In this document: positions 29,885 to 39,080 of the stretch, in pieces | Layout of the letters: each line of letters starts with the position of its first letter | How positions within the stretch are numbered: the first letter of the stretch is position 1 | Source: Thermodesulfobacteriota bacterium | Lineage (GTDB): Bacteria > Desulfobacterota_D > UBA1144 > Nemesobacterales > UBA2774 | Assembly (NCBI GenBank): GCA_965223335.1 | Contig: OZ244991.1 | Span: forward strand, 32,001 to 96,000 | Direction of reading: 5' to 3' | DNA length: 64,000 nt | Translations under genes and position numbers: made by a program | Notes under the pieces: model-generated | What the model was told of the DNA's origin: nothing | What the model saw: only the letters and a program-made list of their open reading frames with translations | The model's database searches: none

Positions 29885-30721
29885 ATGAGAGAAATATTAA
29901 TTGCGACAATTATATTGAGTGCACTTGTTGTTGGCTGCGACAGAACCCCGCACGAGGCGGGGGCTTCAAACACAACAAACCAAAAAATCATTATCACCGG
30001 CTCAAGCACGTTAGCACCCATGGTCCTGGAAATTGCAAAGCAGTTTGAACTCGAGCACCCGGGAGTAAGAGTAGACGTTCAATCCGGGGGCTCATCGAGG
30101 GGTATCCTCGATACCAGGGACGGCACAGCAGACATAGGAATGGTATCAAGAGCATTAAGGCCGGGGGAAAATGGGCTTAACAACTACACGATAGCACGCG
30201 ACGGTGTGAGCATCATACTCCACAGCCAAAACCCCGTCACACAACTGAGTTCCGACCAAATCATAGATATATATAAGGGAGACCTTGAAAACTGGAATGA
30301 GCTCGGGGGGCGGGATGAAAAAATTATTGTGGTCAACAAGGCTGCGGGCCGGGCAACGTTAGACGTATTTTTAGACTATTTTGATTTGAGTTCCTCAGAT
30401 ATTAGACCCCATATAATAATTGGCGATAACGAGCAGGGTATTAAAACCATAGCTAGCACAAATCAATCCATAGGCTATGTGTCTATAGGTACGGCTGAGT
30501 ACAGCATAAAAAGAGGTAACGACATAAAGCTACTCCCAATCAACAATATCTCTGCCAACCTGACTAATGTGGCTAATGGAACCTATCCCCTTGCCCGCCC
30601 GTTACTTCTCGTTACAAAGAACGAGCCTGTGGGCACAGTAAAAAAGTTTATAGAGTTTGCCAGGTCCGAGAAAGTTCACCGCATTATTAAGGAGCAGTAC
30701 TTTGCCCCGGTCCACCATTGA
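29885..30721 (+). CDS. pstS: Phosphate ABC transporter substrate-binding lipoprotein
   Basis: Lipobox-like VVGC, ITGSST, GGSSRG, DIGMVSR, IGYVS, YPLARPL. Confidence 0.88.
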   Translation: MREILIATIILSALVVGCDRTPHEAGASNTTNQKIIITGSSTLAPMVLEIAKQFELEHPGVRVDVQSGGSSRGILDTRDGTADIGMVSRALRPGENGLNNYTIARDGVSIILHSQNPVTQLSSDQIIDIYKGDLENWNELGGRDEKIIVVNKAAGRATLDVFLDYFDLSSSDIRPHIIIGDNEQGIKTIASTNQSIGYVSIGTAEYSIKRGNDIKLLPINNISANLTNVANGTYPLARPLLLVTKNEPVGTVKKFIEFARSEKVHRIIKEQYFAPVHH

Positions 30722-31565
30722 CACTGTATTTAGAGCCGTACTCAAGACTTCTTCAATACTGACAGCACTCGTACTTGTGCTGATTGTTTTTTTTCTTATA
30801 CGCGAGTCCTACCCCGCACTCCGCGATATCGGTATTGCAAGCTTTCTGACCGACCCCTCTTGGCACCCCACAGAAAACTCTTTCAGGATCACACCCATAG
30901 TGGTCGGGTCTCTTCTAGTAATGCTCGGGAGCGTTTTAGTAGCTACCCCTGTAGGGATTTTGTCAGCAGTCTTCAGCAATTACTACGCACCCAGGTATAT
31001 AAAGACCATATACAAACGGTTGATTGAGCTATTAGCCGGCATACCTTCTGTTGTCTTCGGATTTTGGGGTCTTGTGGAATTAGTCCCGCTCATCGGCCAC
31101 ATCTCTCCCCCGGGTCAAAGCCTGCTTGCCGGGATCTGCATACTCTCTCTTATGATACTCCCCACCATCGCACTAACTACTCAGGTAAGTCTGGCAGGTG
31201 TACCTGCACAGTTCACACAGGGTGCTTACGCGCTCGGTTTCACAAAACTAAGCACCATTCGACGTATTATCATTCCGCAAGCCGCCAAGGGTATTACTAC
31301 TGGAGTTATATTGGGTGTGGGCAGGGCAATAGGGGAAACCATGGCTGTGCTAATGGTATGCGGCAACATTCCCGAGATACCAACTAGTATTTTTGCCCCC
31401 ATAAGAACCCTCACAGCTAACATTGCTCTAGAAATATCTTACGCAAGCGGCGAGCACAGATCGGCACTGTTCGTAAGCGGCCTCGTGCTGGCATTGCTAA
31501 TAATAGTACTCATAGCAATTACTCAGCTAACAAATAAAAATGCTGAAGAGTCTTATAGGAACTGA
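30702..31565 (+). CDS. pstC: Phosphate ABC transporter permease
   Basis: IELLAGIPSVVFG, GRAIGETMAV, RTLTANIALE. Start set at TTG 30702 behind AAGGAG. Confidence 0.9.
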   Translation: MPRSTIDTVFRAVLKTSSILTALVLVLIVFFLIRESYPALRDIGIASFLTDPSWHPTENSFRITPIVVGSLLVMLGSVLVATPVGILSAVFSNYYAPRYIKTIYKRLIELLAGIPSVVFGFWGLVELVPLIGHISPPGQSLLAGICILSLMILPTIALTTQVSLAGVPAQFTQGAYALGFTKLSTIRRIIIPQAAKGITTGVILGVGRAIGETMAVLMVCGNIPEIPTSIFAPIRTLTANIALEISYASGEHRSALFVSGLVLALLIIVLIAITQLTNKNAEESYRN

Positions 31566-32439
31566 GTTTATGAATCCCGAGAGCTCAACACACAAGCAGA
31601 GCAAAGTGGCCGACATAGTATCCAAAATAGTTCTATGGTCCGTGGCCGCAGCTGTGAGCGTTGTATTTGTGTGGATCCTCTACACAATTTTCATAAACGG
31701 ATACAGCCAGCTTTCGTGGGATTTTTTAACCTCCCCGCCCTTGGATGCGGGCAGACAGGGCGGCATAAGCTCTATACTTATTTCGACTCTGCTAATTCTT
31801 TCAATCGCTATGTTTGCTTCAATCCCGCTTGGGCTCGGCACTGCTGTGTACCTGGCCGAGTTTACAAGCCCCGATAGCAGTGTTGGCAAACTCGTCCGAC
31901 GCTCTCTAGACACCCTAGCCGGGATACCGTCTATAGTGTTTGGGCTTTTTGGCTATGCATTTTTCTCAAAGCTGCTTGGGTTCGGTTTTTCGATCCTCTC
32001 AGGCGGGCTTACACTGGCATGCATGGTGCTACCTCTATTCATCCGCACCGCTGAGGAGGGGCTAAGGGCTCTACCCAACAGCTACCGTCTGGGGGCCTAC
32101 TCACTCGGTTTGTCTCATACCACTACGATCATGCATATCCTTTTGCCACAGGCACTCCCGGCACTCCTTGCGGGTTTCATACTAGCAATAGGAAGGGCAA
32201 TCGCCGAGACTGCTGCACTGCTGTTTACAAGCGGCTATGTGGATAGGATGCCCTCTTCCCTGTTCGATTCCGGGCGAGCACTCTCCGTCCATATATACGA
32301 CCTCTCAATGAACGTCCCCGGAGGCAACAGCCAAGCTTATGCATCGGCTTTGGTACTAATAACATTGATACTCGTAATAAACATCACGGCGATCTATATA
32401 AGCAACAATTATTTTGGAAGGGGGCTACGCGCAAAATGA
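31540..32439 (+). CDS. pstA: Phosphate ABC transporter permease
   Basis: AVYLAEF, LAGIPSIVFGLFG, GRAIAETAALL. Start may be 31570. Confidence 0.9.
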   Translation: MLKSLIGTEFMNPESSTHKQSKVADIVSKIVLWSVAAAVSVVFVWILYTIFINGYSQLSWDFLTSPPLDAGRQGGISSILISTLLILSIAMFASIPLGLGTAVYLAEFTSPDSSVGKLVRRSLDTLAGIPSIVFGLFGYAFFSKLLGFGFSILSGGLTLACMVLPLFIRTAEEGLRALPNSYRLGAYSLGLSHTTTIMHILLPQALPALLAGFILAIGRAIAETAALLFTSGYVDRMPSSLFDSGRALSVHIYDLSMNVPGGNSQAYASALVLITLILVINITAIYISNNYFGRGLRAK

Positions 32440-33275
32440 GTAACTACCCCAACACCACACTAAGAGTAGCAAACTCAAATTTAGAGGCCCAATCCGATCA
32501 GAGCACCCAGGGCATATACCTCAGCACTAGCGATTTAAGTATCAGCTACCACGGGAAAACCGCCCTCAAAGACATTTCAATGTCCGTAGCAGCCAACCGT
32601 ACTACTGCTGTCATCGGGCCCTCGGGCTGCGGAAAAACCAGCTTTCTAAACTGTATAAACCGTCTAACGGACCTAATCCCCGGTTGCCAGGTAAGAGGAA
32701 GTATTAAAACCAACAACACCGAAATTATTGGCAGCGCCATCGATGTCGTAAGACTTAGAACAAAGATCGGTATGATATTCCAGAAGCCCAACCCGTTCCC
32801 CCTCTCTATATGGAAAAACCTGTCCCTACCGCTTAGCGAACACGGACTTCGCGGCAAAGACGAGGTAGAAGAATCGATAACCAACGCGCTAAAAGACGTA
32901 GGCCTCTGGGACGAGGTGAAAAACCGTATGCATGACTCGGCGTTTACCCTCTCGGGCGGACAACAGCAAAGACTATGTATAGCACGCGCACTAATCTTAG
33001 AGCCCGAAGCATTATTGATGGACGAACCATGCAGCTCCCTTGATCCCATTTCCACCGGTATTATCGAAGACCTTATGGCCGGGCTAAAAGATAGATACAC
33101 CTTGGTCGTAGTGACCCATAACCTCGCACAAGCAAAGCGGGTTTCAGATTATGCAGCATTTTTTTGGCCGATTGAGGAATCAGGGACTCTGGTAGAATAC
33201 GATAGGACCGACCGTTTATTTAACTCCCCGGGCAATTCCTTAACAAAGTCATACATAAACGGCATCAGAGGATAG
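32436..33275 (+). CDS. pstB: Phosphate ABC transporter ATP-binding protein
   Basis: GPSGCGKT, MIFQKPNPFP, LSGGQQQRLCIARAL, MDEPCSSLDP, VTHNLAQA. Confidence 0.93.
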   Translation: MSNYPNTTLRVANSNLEAQSDQSTQGIYLSTSDLSISYHGKTALKDISMSVAANRTTAVIGPSGCGKTSFLNCINRLTDLIPGCQVRGSIKTNNTEIIGSAIDVVRLRTKIGMIFQKPNPFPLSIWKNLSLPLSEHGLRGKDEVEESITNALKDVGLWDEVKNRMHDSAFTLSGGQQQRLCIARALILEPEALLMDEPCSSLDPISTGIIEDLMAGLKDRYTLVVVTHNLAQAKRVSDYAAFFWPIEESGTLVEYDRTDRLFNSPGNSLTKSYINGIRG

Positions 33276-33407
33276 GTTTAAACCGGGAGTAAAACCCAAG
33301 AGATTAAAGATCCTAAACAATCTATGTCTCAAAACGCAATAAAACGACTATGAAAATTGGATGGTATATTATATCAAGATTTAACCTAGCACACACAAGG
33401 AGTAACA

Positions 33408-33920
33408 ATGTATAAAAAGCTCTGCTTATTCACGATCCTTACGCTTGCGATCGCAACCCCGCTTTTAATGTCATGCAAACGGGGCGGGCAGGGCAATGTT
33501 ATCGATCAGCTTTCCAAGCTCGAGTCACTTGATGGTGACGTGAATTTTTCTGCTGAGTCACTAAAGGGTAAACCGGTTGTGCTCAACTTCTGGGCCACGT
33601 GGTGCGGGCCCTGCCGCGAAGAGATGCCGCTTCTCGAAAAAACATGGAAAAAGCACAAAGATAAAGGTGTTATGTTTGTGGGAGTGGATGTAACCGACGA
33701 TAGAAAAAACGCCTTAGAATTCTTAAAGTCTGTGGGCGTAACCTACCCCAATCTATTTGACCCAGACGGCATTGTATCCAACTCCTCGGGTATACCGGCA
33801 TTACCCACCACAATGTTCATAGACAGAACCGGCAAGATTGCTCATACATTTTACGGCCCCTTTATAAACGAAAAGGGAGAAAAAGCACTAATAAACGGCA
33901 TTGCGGAGATAACCAAGTGA
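33408..33920 (+). CDS. TlpA/ResA-like thiol-disulfide oxidoreductase, probable lipoprotein
   Basis: LMSC lipobox-like motif, NFWATWCGPC, ALPTT cis-Pro loop. Confidence 0.9.
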   Translation: MYKKLCLFTILTLAIATPLLMSCKRGGQGNVIDQLSKLESLDGDVNFSAESLKGKPVVLNFWATWCGPCREEMPLLEKTWKKHKDKGVMFVGVDVTDDRKNALEFLKSVGVTYPNLFDPDGIVSNSSGIPALPTTMFIDRTGKIAHTFYGPFINEKGEKALINGIAEITK

Positions 33921-34672
33921 ACCCTATCGAAGCAGAGGTAAGCCTGGTATTCGCATTCTTGGCAGGGGTTGTATCGTTTCTTTCCCCCTGCGTTCTACCT
34001 CTTATCCCTGGTTACATCTCGTTGGTATCCAAGATGTCGTTCGAGGAACTTACCGAAGACAGCGGTGGAGGAAAGCTCTCCAAGATTTTTATCCCCAGCG
34101 TTTTTTTTGTACTCGGGTTCTCATTTGTTTTCGTCGCGCTGGGCGCATCCGCTTCGTTTGCGGGCGAGTTCTTGCAGCAGCATAAAATCCTTTTACTCCA
34201 GATCTCCGGTGTGTTCATTATACTGTTTGGACTCTTCTCTATGGATGTAATCAAAATCCCACAGCTCTATAGAGAGCGCAGGTTAAATATAACCGGCGAG
34301 AAACTGGGCCTTTTCGGCACGTTCCTGCTGGGAGTGGCATTCGGGTTCGGTTGGACACCTTGTGTGGGGCCAATACTCGCATCAATCCTGCTCTACGCAA
34401 GCACGGCCGAGGGTGCTGCCAAGGGTGCCTTTCTGCTCTTCATATATTCTATCGGGCTCGGGCTGCCCTTTATACTGACCGGTCTTGCTCTGTCCAAGGC
34501 ACTCAGTGCATTCGGTTGGATAAAGAAACACTACTCTGTGTACAAGATCCTTGTAGGCGGCACACTGGTAGTGATAGGAATTCTCATGGTCTCAAACAAC
34601 CTGTTCTATCTGAATATATACGGTCAGAAAATCCTGGCTTGGGCAGGTGTGGATTTCTGGAAGAGTTTTTAA
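33917..34672 (+). CDS. ccdA: Cytochrome c biogenesis / disulfide-reducing membrane protein CcdA
   Basis: SFLSPCVLPLIPGY and FGWTPCVGPIL. Confidence 0.92.
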   Translation: MNPIEAEVSLVFAFLAGVVSFLSPCVLPLIPGYISLVSKMSFEELTEDSGGGKLSKIFIPSVFFVLGFSFVFVALGASASFAGEFLQQHKILLLQISGVFIILFGLFSMDVIKIPQLYRERRLNITGEKLGLFGTFLLGVAFGFGWTPCVGPILASILLYASTAEGAAKGAFLLFIYSIGLGLPFILTGLALSKALSAFGWIKKHYSVYKILVGGTLVVIGILMVSNNLFYLNIYGQKILAWAGVDFWKSF

Positions 34673-34775
34673 GAACCTGACAAACAAATCTCAAACCTGA
34701 TTAGTCCGCATAACGACAAACCCTCTCATTTCAGGCAATATTTTAATATGCGATAAACCTATTTAGCACGGTAAC

Positions 34776-35540
34776 ATGATTCTAAAAAATGTAGAGTGGC
34801 AAAAACACCCAGACACACTAGAGCTCGACGGCAATCAGATCGATCTATGGCGTATCGATCTGGACAAAGAGCGTCATAATACCCAAAAACTCTTGTCGTA
34901 TCTCTCAGATTCCGAGCTAGATAAAGCAGGGCGGATCCCAGAGGGGATTAACAAGGACAGATTTATTGTATCACGCGGGATACTACGACAGCTCTTGAGC
35001 AGCTATCTGCACTACGACCCGTCTGCGATCCCGCTTGGCTCCAACAAACATGGCAAACCCGAGATAGCACGCGACAAACTAAGCACGCCCGTTGAGTTTA
35101 ATACAAGCCATTCGGGCAATCTGATTTTGATCGCAGTAACCCGCAACACCGAAGTCGGTGTGGATATCGAATCGCTCCGAGAGGTAAAGAGACTAGATAA
35201 AATCATCGACCGATACTACACCCAGGCTGAACGTTCGTTTGTATCCTCCTGTGCATCTGAGAAGAAAAATGACGCTTTTTTCTACATATGGACCTCAAAG
35301 GAAGCGGTGATTAAGGCCAGGGGGCTTGGGGTATCCTCACGCTTGAGGGACTTCGATGTGCTCGATCACCTCGATCCCGAGAGCCTTCAGGATCCCGAAG
35401 CTGTAAATAATTATGTATCCTCAAGCAACAATAAAGAGTGGAAGATCTATAACCTCGTGCCCGCTAAAAACTATATTGCAGCACTTTCGTATAGCGGTCA
35501 GCACAAAGAGATTAAATACTGGTGGCTTGTAAACCAGTAG
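34776..35540 (+). CDS. Sfp-type 4'-phosphopantetheinyl transferase
   Basis: HGKP, FNTSHSG, VGVDIE, WTSKEAVIKARG. Confidence 0.9.
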   Translation: MILKNVEWQKHPDTLELDGNQIDLWRIDLDKERHNTQKLLSYLSDSELDKAGRIPEGINKDRFIVSRGILRQLLSSYLHYDPSAIPLGSNKHGKPEIARDKLSTPVEFNTSHSGNLILIAVTRNTEVGVDIESLREVKRLDKIIDRYYTQAERSFVSSCASEKKNDAFFYIWTSKEAVIKARGLGVSSRLRDFDVLDHLDPESLQDPEAVNNYVSSSNNKEWKIYNLVPAKNYIAALSYSGQHKEIKYWWLVNQ

Positions 35541-35603
35541 TATTTTTAGCCTTAGTTCATTACTTACAATTTTTAACCTTTATAAATTAAAGGTATTTCG
35601 CTA

Positions 35604-35631
35604 TTGACTATTATCACAGAATTTTTATACT
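35604..35631 (+). promoter_or_regulatory. Sigma70-type promoter
   Basis: TTGACT-16 nt-TATACT upstream of the FmdB-family gene. Confidence 0.55.
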
Positions 35632-35671
35632 TGTTGGCTACCTATTCATACACCGGGAGGTTTAGGTGGAG

Positions 35672-35896
35672 ATGCCGATATTTGAATATAGGTGTAACGA
35701 GTGCTCAGCGAAGTTCGAGGCCCTCGTTTTGAATGATGAAGACACAATAGCTTGCATCAGCTGTAACAGTCAAGATGTAGAGAAAATGTTTTCTGCATTT
35801 GGAATCCATTCAAATAATGAATCTACCAGCACCGTAGCTAGTGAGTCGGGTTGTGGTTGCAGTCCGGTGGGTTGCGGTTGCACTGTGAGTAACTAA
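35672..35896 (+). CDS. FmdB-family zinc-ribbon protein
   Basis: [11 protein letters not shown]...CISC...KMFS; Cys-rich tail [11 protein letters not shown]. Confidence 0.88.
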   Translation: MPIFEYRCNECSAKFEALVLNDEDTIACISCNSQDVEKMFSAFGIHSNNESTSTVASESGCGCSPVGCGCTVSN

Positions 35897-35966
35897 TCAA
35901 TTAATAGGAGTAGCTTATCAATCCCCAATCCTTGAAGAGGTATTACATAAGGAGGATGCTAACTTA

Positions 35967-37274
35967 ATGTCAAGCGCTGACGACGCTGAAAGAGATATGA
36001 AACAGGCAGCCCTCGACTACCACAGTAAAGGTAGAAAAGGCAAGCTAGAGGTCATGCCTACAAAACCCTGTACTACCCAGTGGGATCTATCACTCGCTTA
36101 CTCCCCAGGTGTAGCAGAACCTTGCAGACAGATTGATAAAAACCCCGATCTGGCATATGAGTATACCAACAAAGGCAACCTGGTCGGTGTTGTGTCTAAC
36201 GGTACGGCAGTGCTCGGACTGGGTAAAATCGGAGCACTCGCAGGAAAGCCTGTTATGGAAGGCAAGAGCGTGCTTTTTAAGAGATTCGCCGACATAGACG
36301 CTTTTGATATCGAGATCGATACAACCGACCCCGAAGAACTTATTAACACCGTAAAACTCCTTGAGCCCACATTCGGCGGTATAAACCTTGAAGACATTAA
36401 GGCACCCGAATGCTTCTACATCGAAACGGAGCTCAAACGGGAAATGGATATCCCTGTGTTCCACGACGACCAGCACGGCACAGCCATTATCTCGGGTGCA
36501 GGGTTATTAAACGCATGCGAGCTGGTCGATAAAGATATAGGCGATCTGCGAATGGTGTTTAACGGTGCCGGGGCCTCGGCAATAGCGTGCGCGGACTTCT
36601 TTATACAACTAGGCGCCAACAAAGAAAACTTCATCCTATGCGACAGCAGGGGTGTGATTTACAAGGGCCGCGAAGAGAACATGAATGAGCAAAAAGAGGC
36701 TTTTGCCATTGACACCAAGCTTAGAACCCTCGAAGAGGCCATGAGGGGGGCAGATGTGTTCGTGGGACTATCTACAGGCGGGGCGGTCTCGCCCGAGATG
36801 GTAGACTCGATGACAAACAAGCCCATTATTTTTGCTATGGCCAATCCCGACCCCGAGATTTCATACGAAGCAGCCAAGTCGGTACGTAGCGACCTCATTA
36901 TGGCCACAGGCCGCTCTGACTACCCAAACCAGGTAAATAATGTGCTCGGGTTCCCGTTCATATTTAGGGGAGCACTCGATGTCCGGGCCACAGCCATCAA
37001 TGAAGAGATGAAAATAGCCGCTGCATACTCCCTAGCCAACCTGGCCAAAAAAGGTGCGCACGGCATGGTAGCCAAAGCCTACGGTCAGACCAATTTCGAG
37101 TTCGGCCCTGAGTTCATCGTACCCAAACCCTTTGATCCCAGAGTTCTTATTTGGGAGTCCGTGGCAGTTGCCAAGGCCGCTATGGAGACCGGGGTGTCCA
37201 GAATCCGTATCGACATCGAGGAATACAAAGAGAGATTGGAAAGGATGCTCGAAGAAAGAATGAGCGAAGAATAG
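35967..37274 (+). CDS. maeB: NAD(P)-dependent malic enzyme, MaeB-type, without PTA domain
   Basis: [52 protein letters not shown]. Confidence 0.9.
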   Translation: MSSADDAERDMKQAALDYHSKGRKGKLEVMPTKPCTTQWDLSLAYSPGVAEPCRQIDKNPDLAYEYTNKGNLVGVVSNGTAVLGLGKIGALAGKPVMEGKSVLFKRFADIDAFDIEIDTTDPEELINTVKLLEPTFGGINLEDIKAPECFYIETELKREMDIPVFHDDQHGTAIISGAGLLNACELVDKDIGDLRMVFNGAGASAIACADFFIQLGANKENFILCDSRGVIYKGREENMNEQKEAFAIDTKLRTLEEAMRGADVFVGLSTGGAVSPEMVDSMTNKPIIFAMANPDPEISYEAAKSVRSDLIMATGRSDYPNQVNNVLGFPFIFRGALDVRATAINEEMKIAAAYSLANLAKKGAHGMVAKAYGQTNFEFGPEFIVPKPFDPRVLIWESVAVAKAAMETGVSRIRIDIEEYKERLERMLEERMSEE

Positions 37275-37358
37275 TGGTGGTTTGATCCGATCGCACCAGA
37301 TAGCAGTTAATGCTGTACGTGTAAATGTAAACCACAAAGAGCTTTACAGGGCCCTAAG

Positions 37359-38264
37359 TTGCCAGACAGCATAAGCTCCTCAAACAATAAAGACCTCAAA
37401 CTCAAAACCGCTCTGCTCTCAGTATTTGCCTCACTCTTTTTAATCACCGTAAAGCTCATCTTCGGTTTTTTCACAAATTCCATAAGCATATTGACCTCCG
37501 CTGTGGATTCCCTACTCGATCTCACTGCGTCGACGGTCAACTACTTTTCAATAAGAAAGTCAGACAAACCAGCAGACACCGATCACAAGTACGGCCACGG
37601 TAAAGTGGAGGGGCTGGCAGGGTTATTCCAGAGCCTGCTTATTTTTCTCTCCTCGCTCTACCTCATATACATCTCGGGCAAGAGGATCATTTACGGCGGT
37701 GAGCTTAGCTCTTTGGACTACGGTATTTTGATTATGGCATTGTCCGTTGTCATCAGCTTTTTTGTAGCCAGACACATAAACCGAGTAGCAGAAGAGACAG
37801 AGAGCCTGGCTCTTAAAGCCGACAGCTATCATTTCCGTTTCGATGTATACACTAATCTAGGGGTCATAATCGGGCTCATTGCGATCAGACTTACCGGGCT
37901 CACGTTCATTGACTCCATCGTGTCGATTATAATTGCCGTCCTAATCATATGGTCAACCTTAGAGATCTTAAAGAAATCCATCGATGTGTTGATGGACAGG
38001 GAGCTCCCCGATCACATTGTGAAAAAAGTAGAAGGGGTCATAGAGAAATACAAACCGACCGTAAAGAGCTACCACAAATTAAGGACACGTAGCGCTGGGG
38101 CCAAGAAATTCATCGAGTTTCATCTTGTGATCGACCACACACTCAGTTTTGTTGAGTCCCATGAACTGGCCGAGGTCATCGTAAAGGATATCGAGTCCAC
38201 AATCCCTGCGTCCGAGGTCACCGTACATGTGGATCCAGACACCATTACCATAAAAACACAATGA
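37359..38264 (+). CDS. Cation diffusion facilitator (FieF/YiiP-like)
   Basis: DSLLD, HKYGHGKVE, ADSYHFRFD, C-terminal VHVDP. Confidence 0.92.
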   Translation: MPDSISSSNNKDLKLKTALLSVFASLFLITVKLIFGFFTNSISILTSAVDSLLDLTASTVNYFSIRKSDKPADTDHKYGHGKVEGLAGLFQSLLIFLSSLYLIYISGKRIIYGGELSSLDYGILIMALSVVISFFVARHINRVAEETESLALKADSYHFRFDVYTNLGVIIGLIAIRLTGLTFIDSIVSIIIAVLIIWSTLEILKKSIDVLMDRELPDHIVKKVEGVIEKYKPTVKSYHKLRTRSAGAKKFIEFHLVIDHTLSFVESHELAEVIVKDIESTIPASEVTVHVDPDTITIKTQ

Positions 38265-38408
38265 TGCTCTACCCCCCTCTCCTCCGGCAATAAAATTTGT
38301 GGATAAATTAACTTTTTGATGCATTCTATTATTATGGTATTACTAGAGATGCAACTATTGTGTTCGGTCTGTAGTTTATATTAGTATAGTAATCAGGAGG
38401 AGGCGAGT

Positions 38409-38960
38409 ATGAAAAAGATAGTGATATTTTTGGCGGCTTTTGCACTTGTCCTCTCTCTCTCACCCCAATTATCTCAAACCAGTTCATTCGCTAAGAGCAG
38501 GGGCCACGGCTATAAGGGCGGTGGTCACGGCAGCTATAAACACAGCAGACACGGCGGTTACAAACACGGCAGACACGGTTATAGAGGCGACAGATATGGC
38601 GGTTACAAGCACGGCGGCTACGGTTACAAACATGGCAGACACGGATACAAGCACGGCGGTTACGGCTACAAACACGGCAGACACGGATACAAGCACGGCG
38701 GTTACGGCTACAAACACGGCAGGCATGGATACAGACATGGTGGATACGGCTATAAACACGGATACAGACACGGAGGTTATGGCTACGGCTACAAGAAACA
38801 CCGCTACAGATACAGACCTTACATAAACTTCGGTTTCAGCTACTATCCCAGCTATTACGGCTACGGGCCCTATTACGGATACTATAGCCCATACCCTTAT
38901 TACTACAGACCATACTTCCCGCTATATTTCCCCATTGCTTTCGGAATTGTCATCCGTTAA
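38409..38960 (+). CDS. Secreted Gly/Tyr/His/Lys-rich tandem-repeat protein
   Basis: Strong RBS (AGGAGGAGG), Sec signal peptide, GYKHGGY/GYKHGRH repeats, Tyr/Pro-rich C-terminus. Confidence 0.85.
   Translation: MKKIVIFLAAFALVLSLSPQLSQTSSFAKSRGHGYKGGGHGSYKHSRHGGYKHGRHGYRGDRYGGYKHGGYGYKHGRHGYKHGGYGYKHGRHGYKHGGYGYKHGRHGYRHGGYGYKHGYRHGGYGYGYKKHRYRYRPYINFGFSYYPSYYGYGPYYGYYSPYPYYYRPYFPLYFPIAFGIVIR
38601..38768 (+). repeat. 42-bp coding tandem repeat, about 4 copies
   Basis: Unit GGATACAAGCACGGCGGTTACGGCTACAAACACGGCAGACAC at 38601, 38643 and 38685, with a degenerate copy at 38727. Differences are mostly synonymous. Confidence 0.9.
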
Positions 38961-39080
38961 GCACCCGGGCACCTGCAGTCATTAAACACAGAGCTCCGAC
39001 ATTACCTACGAGAGTAATAGTTTAGGTATAATATTGCCTACACTATTTCACACACCTCCAAGCAACGCACACAGGTAACA

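Noticed and set aside
37326..37348. TGTAAA-N11-TTTACA inverted repeat before the CDF gene
   Set aside because: The 6-bp AT-rich arms could arise by chance, the spacing does not match a TyrR box, and no cognate regulator is adjacent.
38601..38768. Possible CRISPR array
   Set aside because: The repeats are contiguous with no unique spacers, lie in a coding frame, and no cas genes are present.
38440..38826. Alternative-frame ORFs over the repeat (TNTADTDTSTAVTA, resembling a TxT ice-binding protein, and an antisense Val/Ala/Ser ORF)
   Set aside because: They are by-products of the 42-bp repeat. Only the 38409 frame has an RBS, a signal peptide and synonymous-site variation.
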